Below, in pieces: positions 29,301-44,039 of a DNA stretch of 64,000 bases. The DNA is taken from contig OZ024745.1 of NCBI GenBank assembly GCA_964016885.1, positions 6,820,001 through 6,884,000 of the forward strand, in the 5' to 3' direction. A program made the position numbers and the translations under genes. This DNA is from Eledone cirrhosa (Eukaryota). A model generated the notes under the pieces. The model was not told where the DNA came from and ran no database searches. It was given only the letters and a program-made list of their open reading frames with translations. Every line of letters begins with the position of its first letter. The first letter of the stretch is position 1.

Positions 29301-32300
29301 TGGCAGCCAGTACTATGGTGGCTGTATAATATGGCAGCCAGCACTATTCTGGCTGTACAATATGGCAGCCAGTACTATGGTGGCTGTACACTATGGCAGC
29401 CAGTTCTATGGTGGCTGTCCAGTATGGCAGCCAGTACTATGGTGGCTGTACAATATGGCAGCCAGTACTATTCTGGCTGTACAATATGTCAGCCAGTACT
29501 ATGGTGGCTGTACACTATGGCAGCCAGTACTATGGTGGTTGTACAATATGGCAGCCAGTACTATGGTGGCTCTACAATATGGCAGCCAGTACTATGGTGG
29601 CTGTACAATATGGCAGCCAGTACTATGGTGGCTGTACAATATGGCAGCCAGTACTATGGTGGCTGTACAATATGGCAGCCAGTACTATGGTGGCTCTACA
29701 ATATGGCAGCCAGTACTATGGTGGCTGTACACTATGGCAGCCAGTTCTATGGTGGCTGTCCAGTATGGCAGCCAGTACTATGGTGGCTGTACAATATGGC
29801 AGCCAGCACTATTCTGGATATACAATATGGCAGCCAGTACTATTCTGGCTGTACAATATGGCAGCCAGTACTATGGTGGCTGTATAACATGTCAGCCAGT
29901 ACTACGGTGGCTCTACAATATGGCAGCCAGTACTATTCTGGCTGTACAATATGGCAGCCAGTACTATGGTGGGTCTACAATATGGCAGCCAGTACTATGC
30001 TGACTCTACAATATGGCAGCCAGTACTATTCTGGCTGTACAATATGGCAGCCAGTACTATTCTGGCTGTACAATATGGCAGCTAGTACTATGGTGGCTGT
30101 ACAATATGGCAGCCAGTACTATGGTGGCTGTATAATATGGCAGCCAGTACTATGGTGGCTGTATAATATGGCAACCAGTATTATGGTGGCTGTACAATAT
30201 GGCAGCCAGTACTACGGTGTCTCTACAATATGGCAGCCAGTGCTACGGTGGCTGTACAATATGACAGCCAGTACTATGGTGGCCGTACAATATGGCAGCC
30301 AGTACTATTCTGACTGTACAATATGGCAGCCAGTACTATGGTGGTTGCACAATATGGCAGCCAGTACTTTGGTGGCTCTACAATATGGCAGCCAGTACTA
30401 TGGTGGCTGTACAGTATGGCAGCCAGTACTATGGTGGCTGTACAATATGGCAGCCAGTACTATGGTGGCTCTACAATATTGCAGCCAGTACTATGGTGGC
30501 TGTACAATATGGCAGCCAGTACTATGGTGGCTGTACAATATGGCAGCCAGTACTATGGTGGCTGTATAATATGGCAGCCAGTACTATGGTGGCTGTATAA
30601 TATGGCAGCCAGTACTATTCTGGCTGTACAATATGGCAGCCAGTACTATGGTGGCTGTACAATATGGCAGCCAGTACTATGGTGGCTGTACAATATGGCA
30701 GCCAGTACTATGCTGGCTCTACAATATGGCAGCCAGTACTATGGTGGCTGTACAATATTGCAGCCAGTACTATGGTGGCTCTACAATATGGCAGCCAGTA
30801 CTATGGTGGCTCTACAATATGGCAGCCAGTGCTACGGTGGCTGTACAATATGACAGCCAGTACTAGGGTGGCTGTACAATATGGCAGCCAGTACTATGGT
30901 GGCCGTACAATATGGCAGCCAGTACTATTCTGGCTGTACAATATGGCAGCCAGTACTATGGTGGTTGCACAATATGGCAGCCAGTACTATGGTGGCTCTA
31001 CAATATGGCAGCCAGTACTATGGTGGCTGTACAGTATGGCAGCCAGTACTATGGTGGCTGTACAATATGGCAGCCAGTACTATGGTGGCTCTACAATATG
31101 GCAGCCAGTACTATGGTGGCTGTACAATATGGCATCCAGTACTATGGTGGCTCTACAATATGGCAGCCACTACTATGGTGGCTGTATAATATGGCAGCCA
31201 GTACTATGGTGGCTGTATAATATGGCAGCCAGTACTATTCTGGCTGTACAATATGGCAGCCAGTACTATGGTGGCTGTACAATATGGCAGCCAGTACTAT
31301 GGTGGCTGTACAATATGGCAGCCAGTACTATGCTGGCTCTACAATATTGCAGCCAGTACTATGGTGGCTCTACAATATGGCAGCCAGTACTATGGTGGCT
31401 GTACAATATGGCAGCCAGTACTATGTTGGCTGTACAATATGGCAGCCAGTACTATGGTGGCTGTACAATATGGCAGCCAGTACTATGGTGGCTCTACAAT
31501 ATGGCAGCCTATATTATGGTGGCTGTTCAATATGGCAGACAGTACTATGGTGGCTGTTCAATATGGCAGCCACTACTATGGTGGCTCTACAATATGGCAG
31601 CCAATACTATGATGGCTGTACAATATGGCAGCCAGTACTATGGTGGCTGTACAATATGGCAGCCAGTGCTATGGTGGCTCTACAATATGGCAGCCAGTAC
31701 TATGGTGGCTGTAATATATGGCAGCCAGTACTATGGTGGCTCTACAATATGGCAGCCAGTATTATGGTGGCTGTATAATATGGCAGCCAATACTAATGTG
31801 GCTGTACAATATGGCAGCCAGTTCTATGGTGGCTGTACAATATGGCAGCCAGTACTATGGTGGCTCTACAATATGGCAGCCAGTACTATGGTGGCTGTAC
31901 AATATGGCAGCCAGTACGATTCTGGCTGTACAATATGGCAGCCAGTACTATGGTGACTGTACAATATGGCAGCCAGTACTATGGTGGCCGTACAATATGT
32001 CAGCCAGTACTATGGTGGCTCTACAATATGGCAGCCAGTACTATGGTGGCTGTATAATATGGCAGCCAGCACTATTCTGGCTGTACAATATGGCAGCCAG
32101 TACTATGGTGGCTTTACAATATGGCAGCCAGTACTATGGTGGCTGTACAACATGGCAGCCAGTACTATGGTGGCTCGACAATATGGCAGCCAGTACTATG
32201 GTGGCTGTACACTATGGCAGCCAGTTCTATGGTGGCTGTCCAGTATGGCAGCAAGTACTATGGTGGCTGTACAATATGGCAGCCAGTACTATTCTGGCTG

Positions 32301-33610
32301 TACAATATGGCAGCCAGTACTATGGTGGCTGTACACTATGGCAGCCAGTACTATGGTGGTTGTACAATATGGCAGCCAGTACTATGGTGGCTCTACAATA
32401 TGGCAGCCAGTACTATGGTGGCTGTACAATATGGCAGCCAGTACTATGGTGGCTGTACAATATGGCAGCCAGTACTATGGTGGCTGTACAATATGGCAGC
32501 CAGTACTATGGTGGCTCTACAATATGGCAGCCAGTACTATGGTGGCTGTACACTATGGCAGCCAGTTCTATGGTGGCTGTCCAGTATGGCAGCCAGTACT
32601 ATGGTGGCTGTACAATATGGCAGCCAGCACTATTCTGGATATACAATATGGCAGCCAGTACTATTCTGGCTGTACAATATGGCAGCCAGTACTATGGTGG
32701 CTGTATAACATGTCAGCCAGTACTACGGTGGCTCTACAATATGGCAGCCAGTACTATTCTGGCTGTACAATATGGCAGCCAGTACTATGGTGGGTCTACA
32801 ATATGGCAGCCAGTACTATGCTGACTTTACAATATGGCAGCCAGTACTATTCTGGCTGTACAATATGGCAGCCAGTACTATTCTGGCTGTACAATATGGC
32901 AGCTAGTACTATGGTGGCTGTACAATATGGCAGCCAGTACTATGGTGGCTGTATAATATGGCAGCCAGTACTATGGTGGCTGTATAATATGGCAACCAGT
33001 ATTATGGTGGCTGTACAATATGGCAGCCAGTACTACGGTGTCTCTACAATATGGCAGCCAGTGCTACGGTGGCTGTACAATATGACAGCCAGTACTATGG
33101 TGGCCGTACAATATGGCAGCCAGTACTATTCTGGCTGTACAATATGGCAGCCAGTACTATGGTGGTTGCACAATATGGCAGCCAGTACTTTGGTGGCTCT
33201 ACAATATGGCAGCCAGTACTATGGTGGCTGTACAGTATGGCAGCCAGTACTATGGTGGCTGTACAATATGGCAGCCAGTACTATGGTGGCTCTACAATAT
33301 TGCAGCCAGTACTATGGTGGCTGTACAATATGGCAGCCAGTACTATGGTGGCTGTACAATATGGCAGCCAGTACTATGGTGGCTGTATAATATGGCAGCC
33401 AGTACTATGGTGGCTGTATAATATGGCAGCCAGTACTATTCTGGCTGTACAATATGGCAGCCAGTACTATGGTGGCTGTACAATATGGCAGCCAGTACTA
33501 TGGTGGCTGTACAATATGGCAGCCAGTACTATGCTGGCTCTACAATATGGCAGCCAGTACTATGGTGGCTGTACAATATTGCAGCCAGTACTATGGTGGC
33601 TCTACAATAT
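28080..33610. repeat. Tandem higher-order duplication with a unit of ~2728-2821 bp (88-91 monomers): ~28080-30790 then ~30810-33610
   Basis: ORF pairs 28153/30881, 28525/31253, 28990/31718, 29238/31966 (2728); 30292/33113, 30633/33454 (2821). Shared variants ctggatatac, gtataacatgtc, gggtctac, gtactttgg. Confidence 0.88.
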
Positions 33611-36600
33611 GGCAGCCAGTACTATGGTGGCTGTACAATATGGCAGCCAGTACTATGGTGGCTGTACAATATGGCAGCCAGTACTATTCTGACTGTACAA
33701 TATGGCAGCCAGTACTATGGTGGCTGTACAATATGGCAGCCAGTACTATGCTGGCTCTACAATATGGCAGCCAGTACTATGGTGGCTGTACAATATTGCA
33801 GCCACTACTATGGTGGCTCTACAATATGGCAGCCAATACTATGATGGCTGTACAATATGGCAGCCAGTACTATGGTGGCTGTACAATATGGCAGCCAGTG
33901 CTATGGTGGCTCTACAATATGGCAGCCAGTACTATGGTGGCTGTACAATATGGCAGCCAGTACTATGGTGGCTCTACAATATGGCAGCAAGTATTATGGT
34001 GGCTGTATAATATGGCAGCCAATACTATGGTGGCTGTACAATATGGCAGCCAGTTCTATGGTGGCTGTACAATATGGCAGCCAGTACTATGGTGGCTCTA
34101 CAATATGGCAGCCAGTACTATGGTGGCTGTACAATATGGCAGCCAGTACTATTCTGGCTGTACAATATGGCAGCCAGTACTATGGTGACTGTACAATATG
34201 GCAGCCAGTACTATGGTGGCCGTACAATATGGCAGCCAGTACTATGGTGGCTCTACAATATGGCAGCCAGTACTATGGTGGCTGTATAATATGGCAGCCA
34301 GTACTATTCTGGCTGTACAATATGGCAGCCAGTACTATGGTGTCTGTACAATATGGCAGCCAGTACTATGGTGGCTGTACAATATGGCAGCCAGTACTAT
34401 GGTGGCTCTACAATATGGCAGCCAGTACTATGGTGGCTGTACACTATGGCAGCCAGTACTATGGTGGCTGTACACTATGGCAGCCAGTTCTATGGTGGCT
34501 GTCCAGTATGGCAGCCAGTACTATGATGGCTGTACAATATGGCAGCCAGTACTATTCTGGCTGTACAATATGGCAGCCAGTACTATGGTGGCTGTACACT
34601 ATGGCAGCCAGTACTATGGTGGTTGTACAATATGGCAGCCAGTACTATGGTGGCTCTACAATATGGCAGCCAGTACTATGGTGGCTGTACAATATGGCAG
34701 CCAGTACTATGGTGGCTGTACAATATGGCAGCCAGTACTATGGTGGCTGTACAATATGGCAGCCAGTACTATGGTGGCTCTACAATGTGGCAGCCAGTAC
34801 TATGGTGGCTGTACACTATGGCAGCCAGTTCTATGGTGGCTGTCCAGTATGGCAGCCAGTACTATGGTGGCTGTACAATATGGCAGCCAGCACTATTCTG
34901 GCTGTACAATATGGCAGCCAGTACTATTCTGGCTGTACAATATGGCAGCCAGTACTATGGTGGCTGTATAATATGTCAGCCAGTACTACGGTGGCTCTAC
35001 AATATGGCAGCCAGTACTATTCTGGCTGTACAATATGGCAGCCAGTACTATGGTGGCTGTACAATATGGCAGCCAGTACTATGCTGACTCTACAATATGG
35101 CAGCCAGTACTATTCTGGCTGTACAATATGGCAGCCAGTACTATTCTGGCTGTACAATATGGCAGCCAGTACTATGGTGGCTGTACAATAAGGCAGCCAG
35201 TACTATGGTGGCTGTATAATATGGCAACCAGTACTATGGTGGTTGCACAATATGGCAGCCAGTACTATGGTGGCTCTACAATATGGCAGCCAGTACTATG
35301 GTGGCTGTACAGTATGGCAGCCAGTACTATGGTGGCTGTACAATATGGCAGCCAGTACTATGGTGGCTCTACAATATGGCAGCCAGTACTATGGTGGCTG
35401 TACAATATGGCATCCAGTACTATGGTGGCTCTACAATATGGCAGCCACTACTATGGTGGCTGTATAATATGGCAGCCAGTACTATGGTGGCTGTATAATA
35501 TGGCAGCCAGTACTATTCTGGCTGTACAATATGGCAGCCAGTACTATGGTGGCTGTACAATATGGCAGCCAGTACTATGGTGGCTGTACAATATGGCAGC
35601 CAGTACTATGCTGGCTCTACAATATTGCAGCCAGTACTATGGTGGCTCTACAATATGGCAGCCAGTACTATGGTGGCTGTACAATATGGCAGCCAGTACT
35701 ATGTTGGCTGTACAATATGGCAGCCAGTACTATGGTGGCTGTACAATATGGCAGCCAGTACTATGGTGGCTCTACAATATGGCAGCCTATATTATGGTGG
35801 CTGTTCAATATGGCAGACAGTACTATGGTGGCTGTTCAATATGGCAGCCACTACTATGGTGGCTCTACAATATGGCAGCCAATACTATGATGGCTGTACA
35901 ATATGGCAGCCAGTACTATGGTGGCTGTACAATATGGCAGCCAGTGCTATGGTGGCTCTACAATATGGCAGCCAGTACTATGGTGGCTGTAATATATGGC
36001 AGCCAGTACTATGGTGGCTCTACAATATGGCAGCCAGTATTATGGTGGCTGTATAATATGGCAGCCAATACTAATGTGGCTGTACAATATGGCAGCCAGT
36101 TCTATGGTGGCTGTACAATATGGCAGCCAGTACTATGGTGGCTCTACAATATGGCAGCCAGTACTATGGTGGCTGTACAATATGGCAGCCAGTACGATTC
36201 TGGCTGTACAATATGGCAGCCAGTACTATGGTGACTGTACAATATGGCAGCCAGTACTATGGTGGCCGTACAATATGTCAGCCAGTACTATGGTGGCTCT
36301 ACAATATGGCAGCCAGTACTATGGTGGCTGTATAATATGGCAGCCAGCACTATTCTGGCTGTACAATATGGCAGCCAGTACTATGGTGGCTTTACAATAT
36401 GGCAGCCAGTACTATGGTGGCTGTACACTATGGCAGCCAGTTCTATGGTGGCTGTCCAGTATGGCAGCAAGTACTATGGTGGCTGTACAATATGGCAGCC
36501 AGTACTATTCTGGCTGTACAATATGGCAGCCAGTACTATGGTGGCTGTACACTATGGCAGCCAGTACTATGGTGGTTGTACAATATGGCAGCCAGTACTA

Positions 36601-39430
36601 TGGTGGCTCTACAATATGGCAGCCAGTACTATGGTGGCTGTACAATATGGCAGCCAGTACTATGGTGGCTGTACAATATGGCAGCCAGTACTATGGTGGC
36701 TGTACAATATGGCAGCCAGTACTATGGTGGCTCTACAATATGGCAGCCAGTACTATGGTGGCTGTACACTATGGCAGCCAGTTCTATGGTGGCTGTCCAG
36801 TATGGCAGCCAGTACTATGGTGGCTGTACAATATGGCAGCCAGCACTATTCTGGATATACAATATGGCAGCCAGTACTATTCTGGCTGTACAATATGGCA
36901 GCCAGTACTATGGTGGCTGTATAACATGTCAGCCAGTACTACGGTGGCTCTACAATATGGCAGCCAGTACTATTCTGGCTGTACAATATGGCAGCCAGTA
37001 CTATGGTGGGTCTACAATATGGCAGCCAGTACTATGCTGACTTTACAATATGGCAGCCAGTACTATTCTGGCTGTACAATATGGCAGCCAGTACTATTCT
37101 GGCTGTACAATATGGCAGCTAGTACTATGGTGGCTGTACAATATGGCAGCCAGTACTATGGTGGCTGTATAATATGGCAGCCAGTACTATGGTGGCTGTA
37201 TAATATGGCAACCAGTATTATGGTGGCTGTACAATATGGCAGCCAGTACTACGGTGTCTCTACAATATGGCAGCCAGTGCTACGGTGGCTGTACAATATG
37301 ACAGCCAGTACTATGGTGGCCGTACAATATGGCAGCCAGTACTATTCTGGCTGTACAATATGGCAGCCAGTACTATGGTGGTTGCACAATATGGCAGCCA
37401 GTACTTTGGTGGCTCTACAATATGGCAGCCAGTACTATGGTGGCTGTACAGTATGGCAGCCAGTACTATGGTGGCTGTACAATATGGCAGCCAGTACTAT
37501 GGTGGCTCTACAATATTGCAGCCAGTACTATGGTGGCTGTACAATATGGCAGCCAGTACTATGGTGGCTGTACAATATGGCAGCCAGTACTATGGTGGCT
37601 GTATAATATGGCAGCCAGTACTATGGTGGCTGTATAATATGGCAGCCAGTACTATTCTGGCTGTACAATATGGCAGCCAGTACTATGGTGGCTGTACAAT
37701 ATGGCAGCCAGTACTATGGTGGCTGTACAATATGGCAGCCAGTACTATGCTGGCTCTACAATATGGCAGCCAGTACTATGGTGGCTGTACAATATTGCAG
37801 CCAGTACTATGGTGGCTCTACAATATGGCAGCCAGTACTATGGTGGCTGTACAATATGGCAGCCAGTACTATGGTGGCTGTACAATATGGCAGCCAGTAC
37901 TATTCTGACTGTACAATATGGCAGCCAGTACTATGGTGGCTGTACAATATGGCAGCCAGTACTATGCTGGCTCTACAATATGGCAGCCAGTACTATGGTG
38001 GCTGTACAATATTGCAGCCACTACTATGGTGGCTCTACAATATGGCAGCCAATACTATGATGGCTGTACAATATGGCAGCCAGTACTATGGTGGCTGTAC
38101 AATATGGCAGCCAGTGCTATGGTGGCTCTACAATATGGCAGCCAGTACTATGGTGGCTGTACAATATGGCAGCCAGTACTATGGTGGCTCTACAATATGG
38201 CAGCAAGTATTATGGTGGCTGTATAATATGGCAGCCAATACTATGGTGGCTGTACAATATGGCAGCCAGTTCTATGGTGGCTGTACAATATGGCAGCCAG
38301 TACTATGGTGGCTCTACAATATGGCAGCCAGTACTATGGTGGCTGTACAATATGGCAGCCAGTACTATTCTGGCTGTACAATATGGCAGCCAGTACTATG
38401 GTGACTGTACAATATGGCAGCCAGTACTATGGTGGCCGTACAATATGGCAGCCAGTACTATGGTGGCTCTACAATATGGCAGCCAGTACTATGGTGGCTG
38501 TATAATATGGCAGCCAGTACTATTCTGGCTGTACAATATGGCAGCCAGTACTATGGTGTCTGTACAATATGGCAGCCAGTACTATGGTGGCTGTACAATA
38601 TGGCAGCCAGTACTATGGTGGCTCTACAATATGGCAGCCAGTACTATGGTGGCTGTACACTATGGCAGCCAGTACTATGGTGGCTGTACACTATGGCAGC
38701 CAGTTCTATGGTGGCTGTCCAGTATGGCAGCCAGTACTATGATGGCTGTACAATATGGCAGCCAGTACTATTCTGGCTGTACAATATGGCAGCCAGTACT
38801 ATGGTGGCTGTACACTATGGCAGCCAGTACTATGGTGGTTGTACAATATGGCAGCCAGTACTATGGTGGCTCTACAATATGGCAGCCAGTACTATGGTGG
38901 CTGTACAATATGGCAGCCAGTACTATGGTGGCTGTACAATATGGCAGCCAGTACTATGGTGGCTGTACAATATGGCAGCCAGTACTATGGTGGCTCTACA
39001 ATGTGGCAGCCAGTACTATGGTGGCTGTACACTATGGCAGCCAGTTCTATGGTGGCTGTCCAGTATGGCAGCCAGTACTATGGTGGCTGTACAATATGGC
39101 AGCCAGCACTATTCTGGCTGTACAATATGGCAGCCAGTACTATTCTGGCTGTACAATATGGCAGCCAGTACTATGGTGGCTGTATAATATGTCAGCCAGT
39201 ACTACGGTGGCTCTACAATATGGCAGCCAGTACTATTCTGGCTGTACAATATGGCAGCCAGTACTATGGTGGCTGTACAATATGGCAGCCAGTACTATGC
39301 TGACTCTACAATATGGCAGCCAGTACTATTCTGGCTGTACAATATGGCAGCCAGTACTATTCTGGCTGTACAATATGGCAGCCAGTACTATGGTGGCTGT
39401 ACAATAAGGCAGCCAGTACTATGGTGGCTG
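30950..39430. repeat. Near-perfect tandem duplication of ~4.2-4.3 kb (138/136 monomers): ~30950-35230 then ~35230-39430
   Basis: ggttgcac at 30963 and 35241 (offset 4278). ORFs 31253/35531 and 31718/35996 (4278). ORFs 33051/37267, 33454/37670, 33857/38073, 34198/38414, 34539/38755 read identically at offset 4216. The second copy lacks two monomers present at ~32130-32190. Confidence 0.93.
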
Positions 39431-42400
39431 TATAATATGGCAGCCAGTACTATGGTGGCTGTATAATATGGCAACCAGTATTATGGTGGCTGTACAATAT
39501 GGCAGCCAGTACTACGGTGGCTCTACAATATGGCAGCCAGTGCTACGGTGGCTGTACAATATGACAGCCAGTACTAGGGTGGCTGTACAATATGGCAGCC
39601 AGTACTATGGTGGCCGTACAATATGGCAGCCAGTACTATTCTGGCTGTACAATATGGCAGCCAGTACTATGGTGGTTGCACAATATGGCAGCCAGTACTA
39701 TGGTGCCTCTACAATATGGCAGCCAGTACTATGGTGGCTGTACAGTATGGCAGCCAGTACTATGGTGGCTGTACAATATGGCAGCCAGTACTATGGTGGC
39801 TCTACAATATGGCAGCCAGTACTATGGTGGCTGTACAATATGGCAGCCAGTACTATGGTGGCTCTACAATATGGCAGCCAGTACTATGGTGGCTGTATAA
39901 TATGGCAGCCAGTACTATGGTGGCTGTATAATATGGCAGCCTGTACTATTCTGGCTGTACAATATGGCAGTCAGTACTATGGTGGCTGTACAATATGGCA
40001 GCCAGTACTATGGTGGCTGTACAATATGGCAGCCAGTACTATGCTGGCTCTACAATATGGCAGCCAGTACTATGGTGGCTGTACAATATTGCAGCCAGTA
40101 CTATGGTGGCTCTACAATATGGCAGCCAGTACTATGGTGGCTGTACAATATGGCAGCCAGTACTATGGTGGCTGTACAATATGGCAGCCAGTACTATTCT
40201 GGCTGTACAATATGGCAGCCAGTACTATGGTGGCTGTACAATATGGCAGCCAGTACTATGGTGGCTCTACAATATGGCAGCCAATACTATGGTGGCTGTT
40301 CAATATGGCAGACAGTACTATGGTGGCTGTTCAATATGGCAGCCACTACTATGGTGGCTCTACAATATGACAGCCAATACTATGATGGCTGTACAATATG
40401 GCAGCCAGTACTATGGTGGCTGTACAATATGGCAGCCAGTGCTATGGTGGCTCTACAATATGGCAGCCAGTACTATGGTGGCTGTACAATATGGCAGCCA
40501 GTACTATGGTGGCTCTACAATATGGCAGCCAGTATTATGGTGGCTGTATAATATGGCAGCCAATACTATGGTGGCTGTACAATATGGCAGCCAGTTCTAT
40601 GGTGGCAGTACAATATGGCAGCCAGTACTATGGTGGCTCTACAATATGGCAGCCAGTACTATGGTGGCTGTACAATATGGCAGCCAGTACTATGGTGACT
40701 GTACAATATGGCAGCCAGTACTATGGTGGCCGTACAATATGGCAGCCAGTACTATGGTGGCTCTACAATATGGCAGCCAGTACTATGGTGGCTGTATAAT
40801 ATGGCAGCCAGTACTATTCTGGCTGTACAATATGGCAGCCAGTACTATGATGGCTGTACAATATGGCAGCCAGTACTATGGTGGCTGTACAATATGGCAG
40901 CCAGTACTATGGTGGCTCTACAATATGGCAGCCAGTACTATGGTGGCTGTACACTATGGCAGCCAGTTCTATGGTGGCTGTCCAGTATGGCAGCCAGTAC
41001 TATGGTGGCTGTACAATATGGCAGCCAGTACTATTCTGGCTGTACAATATGGCAGCCAGTACTATGGTGGCTGTACACTATGGCAGCCAGTACTATGGAG
41101 GTTGTACAATATGGCAGCCAGTACTATGGTGGCTCTACAATATAGCAGCCAGTACTATGGTGGCTGTACAATATGGCAGCCAGTACTATGGTGGCTGTAC
41201 AATATGGCAGCCAGTACTATGGTGGCTCTACAATATGGCAGCCAGTACTATGGTGGCTGTACAATATGGCAGCCAGTACTATTCTGGCTGTACAATATGG
41301 CAGCCAGTACTATGGTGACTGTACAAAATGGCAGCCAGTACTATGGTGGCCGTACAATATGGCAGCCAGTACTATGGTGGCTCTACAATATGGCAGCCAG
41401 TACTATGGTGGCTGTATAATATGGCAGCCAGTACTATTCTGGCTGTACAATATGGCAGCCAGTACTATGGTGGCTGTACAATATGGCAGCCAGTACTAGG
41501 GTGGCTGTACAATATGGCAGCCAGTACTATGGTGGCTCTACAATATGGCAGCCAGTACTATGGTGGCTGTACACTATGGCAGCCAGTTCTATGGTGGCTG
41601 TCCAGTATGGCAGCCAGTACTATGGTGGCTGTACAATATGGCAGCCAGTACTATTCTGGCTGTACAATATGGCAGCCAGTACTATGGTGGCTGTACACTA
41701 TGGCAGCCAGTACTATGGTGGTTGTACAATATGGCAGCCAGTACTATGGTGGCTCTACAATATGGCAGCCAGTACTATGGTGGCTGTACAATATGACAGC
41801 TAGTACTATGGTGGCTGTACAATATGGCAGCCAGTACTATGGTGGCTCTACAATATGGCAGCCAGTACTATGGTGGCTGTACAATATGGCAGCCAGTACT
41901 ATGGTGGCTCTACAATATGGCCGCCAGTACTATGGTGGCTGTATAATATGGCAGCCAGTACTATGGTGGCTGTACAATATGGCAGCCAGTTCTATGGTGG
42001 CTGTACAATATGGCAGCCAGTACTATGGTGGCTCTACAATATGGCAGCCAGTACTATGGTGGCTGTACAATATGGCCGCCAGTACTATTCTGGCTGTACA
42101 ATATGGCAGCCAGTACTATGGTGACTGTAAAATATAGCAGCCAGTACTATCGTGGCTCTACAATATGGCAGCCAGTACTATGGTGGCTGTACAATTTTGC
42201 AGCCAGTACTATGGTGGCTCTCCAATATGGCAGCCAGTACTATGGTGGTTGTACAATATGGCAGCCAGTACTATGGTGGCTGTCCAATATGGCAGCCAGT
42301 ACTATGATGGCTGTACAATATGGCAGCCAATACTATTCTGGCTGTACAATAAGGCAGCCAGTACTATGGTGGCTGTACAATATGGCAGCCAGTACTATGG

Positions 42401-44039
42401 TGGCTCTACAATATGGCAGCCAATACTATGGTGGCTGTACAATATGGCAGCCAGTACTATGGTGGCTGTACAATATGGCAGCCAGTGCTATGGTGGCTCT
42501 ACAATATGGCAGCCAGTACTATGGTGGCTGTACAATATGGCAGCCAGTTCTATGGTGGCTCTACAATATGGCAGCTAGTACTATGGTGGCTGTACAATAT
42601 GGCAGCCAGTACTATGGTGGCTCTACAATATGGCAGCCAATACTATGGTGGCTGTACAATACGGCAGCTAGTACTATGTTGGCTGTACAACATGGCAGCC
42701 AGTACTATGGTGGCTGTACAATATGTCAGCCAGTACTATGGTGGCTGTAAAATATGGCAGCTAGTACTATGGTGGCTGTATACTATGGTAGCCAGTGCTA
42801 TGGTGGCTCTACAATATGGCAGCCAGTACTATGGTAGCTGTACAATATGGCAGCCGGTGCTATGGTGGCTGTACAATATCGCAGCCAATACTATGGTGGC
42901 TCTACAATATGGCAGCCAGTACTATGGTGGCTGTACAATATGGCAGCCAGTACTATGGTGGCTGTACAATATGGCAACCAGTACTATGGTGACTGTACAA
43001 TATGGCAGCCAGTACTATTGTGGCTGTACAATATGGCAGCCAGTACTATGGTGGGTCTACAATATGGCAGCCAGTACTATGGTGGCTCTACAATATGGCA
43101 GCCAGGACTATGATGACTGTATAATATGGCAGCCAGTACTATGGTGGCTTTACAATAGGGCAACCAGTAATATGGTGGCTCTACAATATGGCAGCCAGTG
43201 CTATGGTCGCTCTACAATATGGCAGCCAGTTCTATGTTGGCTGTACAATATGGCAGCCAGTAATATGGTGGCTGTACAATATGGCAGCAAGTACTATGGT
43301 GGCTATACAATATGGCAGCCAGTACTATGGTGGCTGTACAATATGGCAGCCAGTACTATGGTGGCTGTACAATATGGCAGCCAGTACTATGGTGGCTGTA
43401 CAATATTGCATCTAGTACTATGGTGGCTGTACAATATGGCAGCCAGTTCTATGGTGGTTGTACTATATGGCAGCTAGTACTATTGTGGCTCTACAATATG
43501 GCAGCCAGTACTATGGTGGCTCTACAATATGGCAGCCAGTACTATGGTGGCTGTACAATATGGCAGCCAGTACTATGGTGGCTGTACAATATGGCAGCCA
43601 GTACTATGGTGGCTGTATAATATGGCAGCCAGTACTATGGTGGCTCTACAATATGGCAGCCAGTACTATGGTGGCTGTACAATATGACAGCCTGTATATG
43701 GTGGCTGTACAATATGGCAGTCAGTACTATGGTGGCTTTACAATATGGCAGCCAATACTATGGTGGCTGTACAATATTGCAGCCAGTACTATGGTGGCTG
43801 TACAATATTACAGCTAGTACTACTGTGGCTGTACAATGTGGCAGCCAGTTCTATGGTGGTTGTACAATATGGCAGCCAATACTATTGTGGCTCTACAATA
43901 TGGCAGCCAGTACTATGGTGGCTGTACAATATGGCAGCCAGTACTATGGTGGCTGTACAATATGGCAACCAGTACTATGGTGGCTGTACAATATGGCAGC
44001 CAGTACTATGGTGGCTCTACAATATGGCAGGCAGCCAGT

